DNA of 64,000 nucleotides from Zygnema circumcarinatum SAG 698-1b. Taxonomy: Eukaryota; Plantae; Zygnematophyceae. Positions 53,819 to 64,000 of this stretch are shown piece by piece. The DNA is taken from NCBI GenBank assembly GCA_037447605.1, contig CM074813.1, positions 1,984,001 through 2,048,000 on the forward strand, read 5' to 3'. The translations under genes and the position numbers were made by a program. The notes below the pieces were generated by a model. It saw nothing but the letters and a program-made list of their open reading frames with translations. It did no database searches and was not told where the DNA came from. Numbering within the stretch: the stretch's first letter is position 1; each line of letters starts with the position of its first letter.

Positions 53819-55825
53819 TTTGAACACTCGAGGTCGAAACTTTTTCGATTTTAGAAAGCGAAAAGTTTAAAAAAAAATGTTCAAAGACTGAATTGGTTCA
53901 GTCGCAGGTGTGGATTCCATTTTTTGCCAGGTTAGTTCCGTGCGATTCGAGGGATTCTCCCGCGAGCCGATCAACAATTTCTGTACGAAACTCCGGGTTC
54001 ACGCGCAATGCGATCCGCTAAAATCTAATTGTTGATCAGTGGACCCAGGGAAAACTCAACTTGAACACGAACGTCGGGGAGCTTGGACGACCAGACTGCA
54101 TGACTGCATCGAGATTCGAGACTACTGTCCATGTGTGCGATGGCGGTTATGAATTCTCTTATCGGTCTCTTGCGCATGCAAGGCCAAGTTTGGTTGGGAG
54201 GAAGTCCACGCAATATGGCATGAGCATGGCGGCAAGATGGCAGACCTCCGGGCAGAAATTGAAAAATGTTGGATTCAACCCATTTGCCACGGCGAACATT
54301 CGGGCAGGTCAAAAACATTTGACCGATTTTGCCGTCCGACCGCATCTATTTCCAAAAGTCCCAAAGTCGGAGCGGGCCCGCTTCAAATTGGCGTTCCCGT
54401 CCCATCCGGTCTGGCGGCCTTCCGCCCGCCCACTTGCGGACGTGCGGACGGTGGCCGTACCGTACGGATATCGCACCTGTCCCGTCTGGCCCGTCCTGGC
54501 CCCGGCCTCGACCGAACGGCAGGCATCATCAAATAAGGGAATTCGCATAAAACCCATGGTTAACTCCACTAACTCCACTAACTTGTAATTTTGAGGTTGT
54601 ACTTGCCAGTGCCAGTTATACCTTTTATGTACTATTTGTGTACTATTTTTGTACTATTTTTGTAGTGTGGACGAAGTTTTTGTCTCATAGTAGCATTCGA
54701 ATGTCATCACATCATCAGTGGACACACGCCCTAATGTTTCTCGCAACAAAGAGTGGCTGCATAAAGAATCCATGGACTTCACCACTCACCGGTTCCACAT
54801 CATGCTTTTGTCCATGTACATTTGATGGCCTCGCCATCGTGAGTTCAGTGAAATTTCTTTTCACCACTGCTTCAAGCATGAACTCGCCAGTCAACCCATG
54901 GCAATGCCAACAACTGAAAGTTACGCCCAAGCCCTGGAACTGAGACACGTACCCAAGGCCTGGCCTGCTGTTGTGCCCCGACCAGTGCGTGCCCTCGGGA
55001 CCAGCGTGTGGCCGTGTCCTTGCTGGACCTCTCCAACCTCCCTCTTTGCTTCACCCGCTGCCGATGCGCCGGTAGGCGAAGCCGCGATATCCGGGGCCGC
55101 GAGGAGCCGCGGTCGGTCGGTCGGTCGGTCGGTCAGTCGGCGGCGCGTGATTGGCCGCTGACGCTCACTGCGCAAAGTCGGCCGTACCACAGCAACACGC
55201 TGACGTCGCTGTCGGTCGCGCCCTCGGGCGGCGGCCCGTCAGTCCGCGTGGGCAGCCGCCCCCGCAAGCGGCCAAAGCGCCCCTTGAGCCTGCCCGATCC
55301 GCCTTTCCACCGGAAACTCGAAGTTTACGGGACAGTCCTCCCGTTGTACTTGATACCAGCGGCGGCAGAGGGGGAGCGTGAGGGGTGCGCGCACGATCAG
55401 AGGGACGAGTACCCTACTACCAGTAGGTTTGAACAATGAACAACAACTTTTTTGGAGTTGTCCAAGGTTCAAGTGAAAAGGTGACATTTGAACACTCGAG
55501 GTCGGAAATTTTCAAGTTGAACAATGTGAAAAAAAAAATCAAAATTCCAGTATATTTGCTTACGTGTGGATTCCAAATTTTGCCACGTAGGATTCAAGCA
55601 ATCTATAGAATTTGCTTGCGTCCGGCCCAATTTCTGTCGTATGAACTTTTTCCGCTAGATCAATGATTTCTGTGCGAAGGAGAATAGAAGAATTTTACTA
55701 CCTTACGGTAATGGAAAAGGACAAAAATTGAGCTCGCATGGACCCAAGTTCACGCACTTCTCGATTTTCCAAAATCTCATTGTTGATCCGTGGATGCGAA
55801 GTAGACTGAAATTGAACACGACCGG
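53819..55825 (+). repeat. Diverged direct repeat pair (about 53819-54075 and 55487-55825), probable TE relic
   Basis: Shared TTTGAACACTCGAGGTCG, GTGTGGATTCCA...TTTTGCCA and TTGATC.GTGGA...TTGAACACGA blocks in the same order. Confidence 0.6.
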
Positions 55826-56569
55826 AAGCAGTTCAATTCATTTCATATCGTGCCAATCTTGAAAAGGATAATACCTTAAAGCTACTTCGAAACTAGTATA
55901 CAATTCCCCAGTTACAATTCGAAGCAGCGAGTTGGGGTACTACGTTCGAAACAGCCTCCTTGCAAGATTGAGAAGCTTCTATTGCCAGCCTTAACTAGAA
56001 AAACGACAAAACTGCTGACGCCCTCCAAACTCCCGCCCCCGTCCGCGCAGTGGATCATCGCGCGCAGTAATGGCCCCTGAGGACCGAGCACGTGTCGAAG
56101 CACTCCGTACGGACGCCCCCTGCCGGCTAAGAGGATCAGATCTGGAAGCCACGATCGGATCCCATTCTCTTCCTTGTTAATGCAATCTACCTCGCACAAG
56201 ACGCTTGTCGCTTGCGCCACCGCGGCAAGCGGCGATTCGGCGGCTGGTGGCGCGCCAGGTCAACAGATATTATCCAGATACGACACTCACAGCATTGCTC
56301 CGACCAATGGGAGAGGAGAATGGCACGAGTTAACGGTCAGGCGGGGCTAACTAAAAATTGTCGTATCTGAGATATTGTCGAGCCAGATTCACTGTGTGAC
56401 TGGACGGCGCCCGTGCCAGATAGCGACTGTGCAGCGCTGGCACGCTGGCGCTAGTCCACGTCGGCCTCACGGCCGGTCAGAAGCGGTCTCGACGGCGATC
56501 TTTGGACGCACGTGAGCGGAACTGGGTGGCCGTACCAAGGATTTGTACGAAATATCGCCCATTGATGGT

Positions 56570-58466
56570 GGAAAATTCTATTCTCACACCTTTTTTGTCT
56601 ACACACAGACCTCTTTTCGCCGGGTAGATTTTAAAAAGGGTAGTGATATTTCCACCCCTTTTTTGGATCCAAACACCCCTTCCCGGCCGGGCAGCTTTCA
56701 AAAGGGATTAAAAAAGGAAAATGCTTTTTTCACACCTTTTTGGAATCGATACCCACCTTCTTCCGTCGGCTGATTTTATTTTTGCTAACCAGGGAAAATG
56801 ATACCCCGTCACCGCATTTTGAATACTGTATCCCGCCTCCCTGAATTTTATTTTTGAGGGAAAGAAATATCTGCCTGCCCGAATCCGCTCGGGGCGGAAG
56901 ATCCGTCCGGCACGAGATCGTTCGCGGGTGTCAGTCCTTCACACGTGTTTGTCAATCGCAGCTGTCGATTCCCTCGCAGATCTTACCACTGCAGATCACC
57001 GTTCGATCTGCAGCCGGGCTTGATCTCAACGAATGGAAAGCGCCCACGAGTCCCGTCAAAGCCGGATCGCACGTGCGAGTGCGCGCGTACCTCGGCCCGA
57101 GATCTTGTTCTACTGTCAGCTCCAAGCCAATCAACATTTACCACGTGTTAAATTTCTGACGTGGAAATTTTTGATTGGTCCAAACTCTCAATGTACAAAA
57201 ATTTTGGTACGACCGTACCACATGTGTACGGACAATTTTTGAGACGACTTTGGCGGGATACGTGGGCCCGTGCCATTCGCTCTGACCGAGCCCGGCTGCA
57301 GATCAAATAGTGATCTGCCTCGTTGCGATCTGCGAGGGAATCGACGGCTGCGATTGACCGCACGCGAAAAAAAAAAATCAGGTAGGCGGGATATTCAAAT
57401 GGAGTGACGGGTTATAATTTTCTTTGTTTCGCAAAAATACAATCTGCCGATGGAGGGTGGGTATCGATTCCAAAAAGGTGTGAAAAAAGCATTTTCCGTT
57501 TTTAATCCTTTTTGAAATCTGCCCGGCCGGGAAGGGGTGTTTGGATCCAAAAAAGGGGTGGAAATATCACTACCCTTTAAAAATAGACAAAAAGGAACAC
57601 ACCTTTCAAACCTTTTTGGAATCGATACAGGCTACTAGTCCTGAGCGGCCGGGCGCCGTGAGCACCTTTTTTCGTCAGGCAGATTTTACTCATCTTTTAT
57701 TTTCTGAGAAAAAATATCGGCCTGTCCGAATTCGCTCGGAGCGGAAGATCCGTCCGCCACGAGATCGTTCGCGGGTGGCCGTCCATCACACGTGCAATAA
57801 ACTTTCGCCGTCAATATTCACGCAGATCGCACCACGGCAGATCACCGTTCGATCAGCAGCCGGGCTCGGTCCCACGTGTCCTACCCAAGCTGGCTCAAAA
57901 GTCCGTACAAAAGTCGTAAACGCGCAGCTTCGAGGAAAGTCAAAATAGCGTCGCCATCGAGAGCCTGTACCACTCACAATTTGCCACGTCTAAAGAGAGC
58001 ACGCGGCAGATGGTGATTGGTTTAAAAGCTCAATGTAAGGAATTTAGACTCGTGTACAAACTTTTGAGCCGGCTTGGGTGGGACACGTGGGCGTGTGCCA
58101 TTCGCTGGGACCGAGCCCGGCTGCTGATCGAACGGTGATCTGCCGTGGTACGATCTGCCCCAGAAGCGACGGTGTACTGTAGATTCATTGGACATGTGAA
58201 GGACGGCCACTCGCGAACGATCTAGTGGCGGACGGATCTTTCGCTCCGAGCGGATTCGGGCAGGCCGATATTTTTTTCTCTGAAAAAAACAAGAAGGGCT
58301 AAAATCTGCCCGACGGAGAAAGGTGTGTATCGATTCCAAAAGATGTGAAAAAAAAGGTGAAAAAAAAAAGTGTGAAAGGTGTGTTCCTTTTTTGTCTATT
58401 TTTAAACTCTGCCCGGCGAAAAGAGGTCTGTCTGTAGACAAAAAAGGTGTGACAATAGAATTTTCC
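56570..58466. mobile_element. Long-TIR element subfamily B2, interrupted by B1
   Basis: Ends GGAAAATTCTATT...AATAGAATTTTCC. 8-bp TSD TTGATGGT at 56562-56569 and 58467-58474. Confidence 0.93.
56638..57575. mobile_element. Second B1 copy, nested in the left TIR of a B2 element
   Basis: Same termini and internal sequence as 52828-53767. 8-bp TSD TTTAAAAA at 56630-56637 and 57576-57583. Confidence 0.95.
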
Positions 58467-58630
58467 TTGATGGTGAAGCAGCCAGGTTCCGCCAAGTTGT
58501 CCGTATGCCGTACTGCGACTCCATGCGGATATGTGAGGCGGGGCAGTTCCGTTCTCTTTAACTGTGCAGCCCCTGTCGCCTTTGAACCCTACTGCTGTCG
58601 GTCCGTACAGAGCGTTTGGTTACCCTACTA

Positions 58631-59110
58631 CAATACCCCCCCTTATTTTCGCCATAGTAGGGGGTGTCAGACTTAAAAATTGTTCGTAAGTTTGAGACCA
58701 GAACGAGTACTTCGGTGACATCACAATCCTGGTGCGGCGGAGTACTTACAAAACTATTTTGTTCGTAAGTTTTCGTTAAGTCTGACACCCCCTAGTTTCG
58801 GCAAATACTGGGCGAAAATATTGGAATTTGCAAATATAAGGTCCGTGTTACCAATAGGCGAGCGGTATTATGTTAGAGTTCATGTATGTCCGTATGTATC
58901 GTATCGTATCGTTTGTTTTCGTATCGTACCTCATCGTACCGTATCGGCTAATAAGGCTGGTACTGCTAATACGGATATTACCGTATCGAACGTATCGTAT
59001 CGCATCTCATCGCATCGCATCGTATCGTGCCGTATCCATGAACAAGTGGAGAAGAACAAGCGCCTCTTACGGCGGCACGTGCGGGGAAATTCGGTGAGTT
59101 TTGCTAAGGG
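58631..59110 (+). mobile_element. Family-A-like left end and subterminal block
   Basis: ta|CAATACCCCCCCTTATTTTCGCC start. About 58810-59100 aligns with 24840-25070 (GGCGAAAATATTG...GTGTTACCAATAGGCG...GAGCGCCTCTTACGGCGGCACGTGCGGG-like blocks). Confidence 0.75.
58659..58793. mobile_element. Second copy of the Harbinger-like MITE (135 bp, opposite orientation)
   Basis: Same TIR, with TSD AGT. The interior is the reverse complement of the 42.0 kb copy. Inserted in a family-A-like left end. Confidence 0.9.
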
Positions 59111-60051
59111 TGGGTTTCCATCAGCCCGTTTCGTAAAGCGCTCGTTACGGTCCACGTAGGATGCCGTTTTCAAATGGAACGACGAGTTCCATCAGAACGC
59201 CGTTGGCCAGCGTGGCAGTCGCACGCTGGCGGATCTTTGGTATCCACGTGGCGGCACGCGAATGGTTGTAATGGCGTTACACCACCTCCGGAGCAGCATT
59301 CTGTGCACCGGCTGCAGCGAGGCTCCCCCCCTCCCCACCGTCGATCGCCACGATCGGAATTGCTGCAGCTCCCCGCCCCCCGGCCGCCCACCCGCCCTGC
59401 AGCGTCCTCCCAGGTACGGCGCAGCGCCCGAGCGGGCGACGCCGGCCGAGCGCGCGGTCACCGCGGTGCCGATTGCCACGTAGATGCCNNNNNNNNNNCT
59501 TGCCCACCGCCCATTGAAATTGAACATCGTGTCCTGGTACCGGTAGGTCTAGAGTTCGATCTCTGCTGGAGGCGTGTTTGCTACACAGCCCGAGCGAGCG
59601 AGGGAGGCCCTGCTTGCTTGCGGAGAGCGGTGTGTGGCGGCCGCGCCCCCCCCCCCCCCTTACACATTACCACCGCATGTGTTGCAGGTACGCCTCTATC
59701 CATCTTTCTGCATTCTGCATTCTGCTTTCAGCATTCTGCATTCTGCATTCTGCATTCTCCATCTTTTTTTCTATCCATCCATTTATGCAGCGTCGTTTAC
59801 TTAACTCTTTCATATATTGTAGAAATGGATCCAAGAATTCCTCATCTCTATCCTCATCATCTAGGGTTGAGTCCAGAAGACGAAGCGTGGAGCGTATTTG
59901 ATGATGCCTCTTATCTAGTGAAGAAGAATGGATGTATTATAGGGAATGAAGAGCTTAAAAAGGACAATATTTTGCAGCGGAAGCGACAATTGAAGATGAG
60001 AAGAGAGAGGAACAAAGACGCGACATGCCTATAAAGCCAAGGTATGCTATT

Positions 60052-61657
60052 GGCTTTCTGCTTTCTGCTTTTCACTTTCTGCTTTCTGCTCTGTGCTTTC
60101 TGCTTTTTGCTTTTGGCTTTCTACTTTCTGCTTTTTGCTTTTGCTTTCTGCATTCTGCTTTCTGCTTTCTGCTTTTTGCATTCTGCATTCTGCATTCTGC
60201 ATCTTGCATTCTGCATTCTGCATTCTGCATTTTGCTTTCTGCATTCTGCATTCTGGATTCTGCATTCTGCATTCTGCATTCTGCATTCTACATTCTGCAG
60301 TCTACATTCTACATTCTGCTGTTGGCTTTCTGCAATCTACATTCTACATTCTGCTGTTGGCTTTCTGCTTTCTGCATTCTGCATTCTGCATTTTGCATTT
60401 GGCATTTGGCATTCTGTATTCTGCATTCTGCATTCTGCATTCTGCATTCTGCATTCTGCATTCTGCATTCTGCATTCTGCATTCTGCATTGTGCATTTTG
60501 CATTATGCATTATGCATTTTGCATTTTGCATTTTGCATTCTGCATTTTGCATTCTGCATTCTGCATTCTGCATTCTGCATTCTGCATTCTGCATTCTGCA
60601 TTTTGCATTCTGCATTGAGCATTGAGCATTGAGCATTGAGCATTGAGCATTGAGCATTGAGCATTGAGCATTCTATATTCTGCATTCTGCATTCTGCATT
60701 CTGCATTCTGCATTCTGCATTCTGCATTCTGCATTCTGCATTCTGCATTCTGCATTCTGCATTCTGCATTTTGCATTCTGCATTCTGCATTCTGCATTCT
60801 GCATTCTGCATTCTGCATTCTGCATTCTGCATTCTGCATTCTGCATTGAGCATTGAGCATTCTATATTCTGCATTCTGCATTCTGCATTCTGCTTTTGGC
60901 TTTCTGCATTCTGCAATCCGTATTCTGTATTCTGCATTCTGCATTCTGCATTTTGCATTCTGCATTCTGCATTCTGCATTCTGCATTCTGCATTCTGCAT
61001 TTTGCATTCTGCATTCTGCATTCTGCATTCATTCTGCATTCTGCATTCTGCATTCTGCATTCTGCATTCTGCATTCTGCATTCTGCATTCTGCATTCTGC
61101 ATTCTTCTGCATTCTGCATTCTGCATTCTGCATTCTGCATTCTACATTCTGCATTCTGCATTCTGTATTCTGCTGTTCTGCAATCTGTATTCTGCATTCT
61201 GCATTCTGCATTCTGCATTCTGCATTTTGCATTCTGCATTCTTTGAGCATTGAGCATTGAGCATTGAGCATTGAGCATTGAGCATTGAGCATTGAGCATT
61301 CTATATTCTGCATTCTGCATTCTGCATTCTGCATTCTGCATTCTGCATTCTGCATTCTGCATTCTGCATTCTGCATTCTGCATTCTGCATTCTGCATTCT
61401 GCATTCTGCATTCTGCATTCTGCATTCTGCATTCTGCATTCTGCATTCTGCATTCTGCATTCTGCATTCTGCATTCTGCATTGAGCATTGAGCATTGAGC
61501 ATTGAGCATTGAGCATTGAGCATTGAGCATTGAGCATTCTATATTCTGCATTCTGCATTCTGCATTCTGCATTCTGCATTCTGCATTCTGCATTCTGCAT
61601 TCTGCATTCTGCATTCTACATTCTGCATTCTGCATTCTGCATTCTGCGTTTTCTGCT
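60052..61657. repeat. 1.6-kb heptamer satellite (TTCTGCA)n with TTGAGCA blocks and CTTTCTG-type edges
   Basis: Directly visible, over 200 units. Blocks of (TTGAGCA)n-TTCTATA occur at about 60614, 60845, 61243 and 61481. Confidence 0.99.
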
Positions 61658-62124
61658 TTTCTTTCAAATTAGGTACATTTTATGTCACTCTTTTTGAAGA
61701 ATTATTGAATTAAGGGTTTTCTTTCTGTTTTTGTGCAGGGCAACTACAGCTCAAAGCCAATTATTAGTTTCTGGGGTAGAGAGGTTACGCCCAAAATCTA
61801 CGAAGGCATCATACCGCCCCGTAATAAAGCAATTTGTTGCTAAGTGTGAAACAGAGGGTTGGAGGCCAATTCCACATTCAGAAAGAGTGGCAGCATTTTT
61901 GTTTTGGAGATTAGACAATGGCACTATGAATGCAGGTCCTTTAACCCCCAGCACTTTGTCTAATAGTATTTTTGCATTGCAACATGCCCAAAAAACTATT
62001 GATTTTATAACACATGATCCTGTATCTTTGGGTGTAAAAGTGAGTGTTAGCTGCAAAATTAGTATATGGTGGAGATCATGGCCCTTCTACCGATGAAAAG
62101 GCGACTTAGGCAAGTTATCTTTTG

Positions 62125-62460
62125 CTACGCTTTCGCGTTCGTATTACGTTGACATTGGCGTTTTAGATTGCAAAAATTTGCGTTACAGATTACGCGTTCT
62201 GGCATACGCGTTCTGGAGTTACCGTTCTGCGTTAGCGTTTTGTATTTTCGCGTTACTGCGTTACGCATTTGCAATCACGTATTACGCGTTTTTAGTTACG
62301 TGATGCATTTCGTTAAGATTCTGCGTCTGGCGTTAGCGTTACTGCGTTACTGCGTTACGCGTTTTGTGTGTGCGTTTTGCGTTCTGGGTGCGTTACTGCG
62401 TTGCGTCTTTGCGGTGCGGGTGCGTTTTGGGTGCGTTCTGGCGTTACGCGTTAGCGTTGT
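62125..62460. repeat. Degenerate GCGTT-core repeat array inside a Crypton intron
   Basis: Units GCGTTAC, GCGTTCT, GCGTTTT and GCGTTAG recur between donor 62040 (gtgagt) and acceptor 62578. Confidence 0.85.
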
Positions 62461-64000
62461 TTCGAACGACACTATAACCACTCTTGGCGCGTCTCGCCTG
62501 CTCACTCGCCTGCGCTCTCCCCCACTCCCCCCTCACTATCACTCCCTACAAATGTCTTTTAGTTTTTTGTGTCTACAGGATGTTCATTGATCCTAAACGA
62601 GGGACTGTTAAGTATAAACTAGCGCTTTCAGACTTTCAAAAGTTAATTAAGGTATGGGGTCATTCAACAACGAAACATATTTAAAGTATGGTAGTATGGT
62701 AGCTACAGCAAAAGCAATGATGCTTTGAGGAGATGACCCGAAAGGGTGGTCGGTTGGTCGGTCATTTATTGATGATATGTTCCTGACGGTATTGTGTCGA
62801 GATGTCTTGTGCAGGTGTGTGGTCAATAAGTGGGAGAAAGCTGGGAGGGGCTTACGGTCAAGTATGGAACTCACTTTGTTGTTCGGATCCGAATTTTTCT
62901 TGATGCGTGGATGGATATCGCGATATTTGTTCCTTGAGGTTGGGTGTATGTGAGAAGGAGCACTCCTCTCGGATGCTTGAGACAGCTACACTTTGGTGAT
63001 ACAAGAAACATCGATCAGTATTATTATTTGTGTATTTTTGTTTTATATTTTTACTTGTGAATGTATTGTTTCGTTTTATTGGCCAACGTTGTTTGTTGTT
63101 GATTTCTTGAGGAGTCCTGAAACACTTATTGTTTCCGTCAAAGCTCAGCTGAGGTTGAAATGTGTAGTGAAGCCTTGTCGAAGTTAAGTAGAAAAAAATG
63201 GGTGGCTTGGCTTAGATACCAGTTGTTCGGGGAACGCTGCGCGTATTAGTGGCTGGCAAACGAGGGAATGTTTACGTGGCATGGCTGCTTGTGGGTTTGA
63301 TCAAATCCAGGTGGCAGGGAGGTGGGGCCCAGCTTCAAATAAATCCCTTGCAATCAATTACCTTTCTTCGATTGTCCCTCCAGTCTGTAGGGTGCTTGCA
63401 GGATTCAAAAAAGAAGGCGATGATTATTTTTTGGAGCGTTCTTGTCTTAAACCAAATGAAGCGCTTGTGAATATGGTTTTCAAGATTTCTTCCGGAACGC
63501 TTGAAGGCCCCTAACATGCAGCGAGGTAATGACATATAAATACTGCGTGGATCTTTTTAGGTACGGAAATGAGAGAAAGAGGTGTGAAAAGAGATTGAGA
63601 GGGGAGGGGGAAAAGGGTTAGCGTTATGTGTTTTTATGTGTAGGTTCTTCCGTGGAGTGCACTTTTTAAGTCCCGGAATCTTTTGGTGAGGAGGCTTTGT
63701 GGGCATCTTGCGTTATTTTCGTGTGTTTATTGCAAGATGATGCATCGTTCGTTCCATAAATTCCATTGTTCGCGAGATAAATCCCGTTCTTCCAGCCCGG
63801 TGGCAGTAAGGTATGAGTATCAAGGTTATTCACTAGCTTTTTTTTGTTCTTGGCCACTTTTTTGACTGCTGCTTGGTGCTCACTTTCTCTGCTTACCAGC
63901 TGGCTGGCTGTAACTCTACATTTTAAATTTGTTTTCTTATTGTTGAGAAAACACTGCTACAGCTGCTGTTGCTACTGCTGCTATGTTTTCTGCTGCGACT

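Larger units (their letters stand above)
59825..63810 (+). mobile_element. Decayed Crypton-type tyrosine-recombinase gene (CryptonF/Ndc10 domain II-like), intron-containing, probably continuing past the window
   Basis: Exon 61739-62039 RPKSTKASYRPVIKQFVAKC...VAAFLFW...STLSNSIFAL fits the YR core-binding domain. GLRSSMELTLLFGSEFFLMRG near 62835-62910 carries the catalytic Arg box. DQIQVAGRW...NYLSS...RVLAGF...YFLER at 63281-63514 carries the catalytic Tyr box. LRYFRV..LQD...PLF...PFF lies near 63705-63810. Stops and frameshifts are present. Confidence 0.75.

Noticed and set aside
55912-58630. Possible gene interrupted by the B2/B1 nest
   Set aside because: Joining the flanks across the TSD gives only a short open frame with upstream stops and no recognisable domain.
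59174-60034. 286-aa ORF
   Set aside because: It spans an N gap, a poly-C run and intron-like sequence. Only MDPRIPH...TCL* from 59825 is plausibly coding, as a frameshifted Crypton N-terminus or uORF.
60025-61635. Many long ORFs of (ILHSAFC)n and (MQNAECR)n
   Set aside because: The heptamer unit is stop-free in all six frames, so these ORFs are a by-product of the satellite, which lies between valid splice sites.
60052-61657. Regular repeat array considered as CRISPR or a heat-shock element
   Set aside because: There are no unique spacers or cas genes, and the 7-bp period does not match alternating nGAAn pentamers.
1-64000. rRNA, tRNA or snRNA genes and U12-type introns
   Set aside because: No cloverleaf, rRNA-like block or GTATCCTT/ATATCCTT donor was recognised by eye. 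tRNAscan-SE or Infernal would be needed to exclude them.

Overview
Eukaryotic, intron-rich nuclear DNA from a non-seed streptophyte (streptophyte alga or bryophyte). This is inferred from land-plant-like orthologues with many introns plus an intact plastid peptidoglycan hydrolase. Positions 1-51 kb hold about ten genes: AMP deaminase (5' part outside the window), an intronless F-box/LRR gene, an RBL12-like rhomboid, AIM24, an ankyrin ACBP, a PPR-SMR gene, a BFA2-like PPR gene, a VanY-type D,D-carboxypeptidase, a possible orphan ubiquitin-fold gene and a QALGGH/EAR zinc finger. Non-autonomous DNA transposons with readable TIRs and TSDs lie at 24.8-27.2 kb, 32.8-33.4 kb, 42.0 kb and 52.8-59.1 kb, several of them nested. 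The window ends in a decayed, intron-containing Crypton-type (Ndc10-domain) tyrosine recombinase gene. Its introns carry a related heptamer satellite, one array being 1.6 kb long, bounded by AG|GT junctions and removable in frame. No rRNA, tRNA or CRISPR array was seen. All calls come from manual reading and recalled family motifs, and no database search was run.
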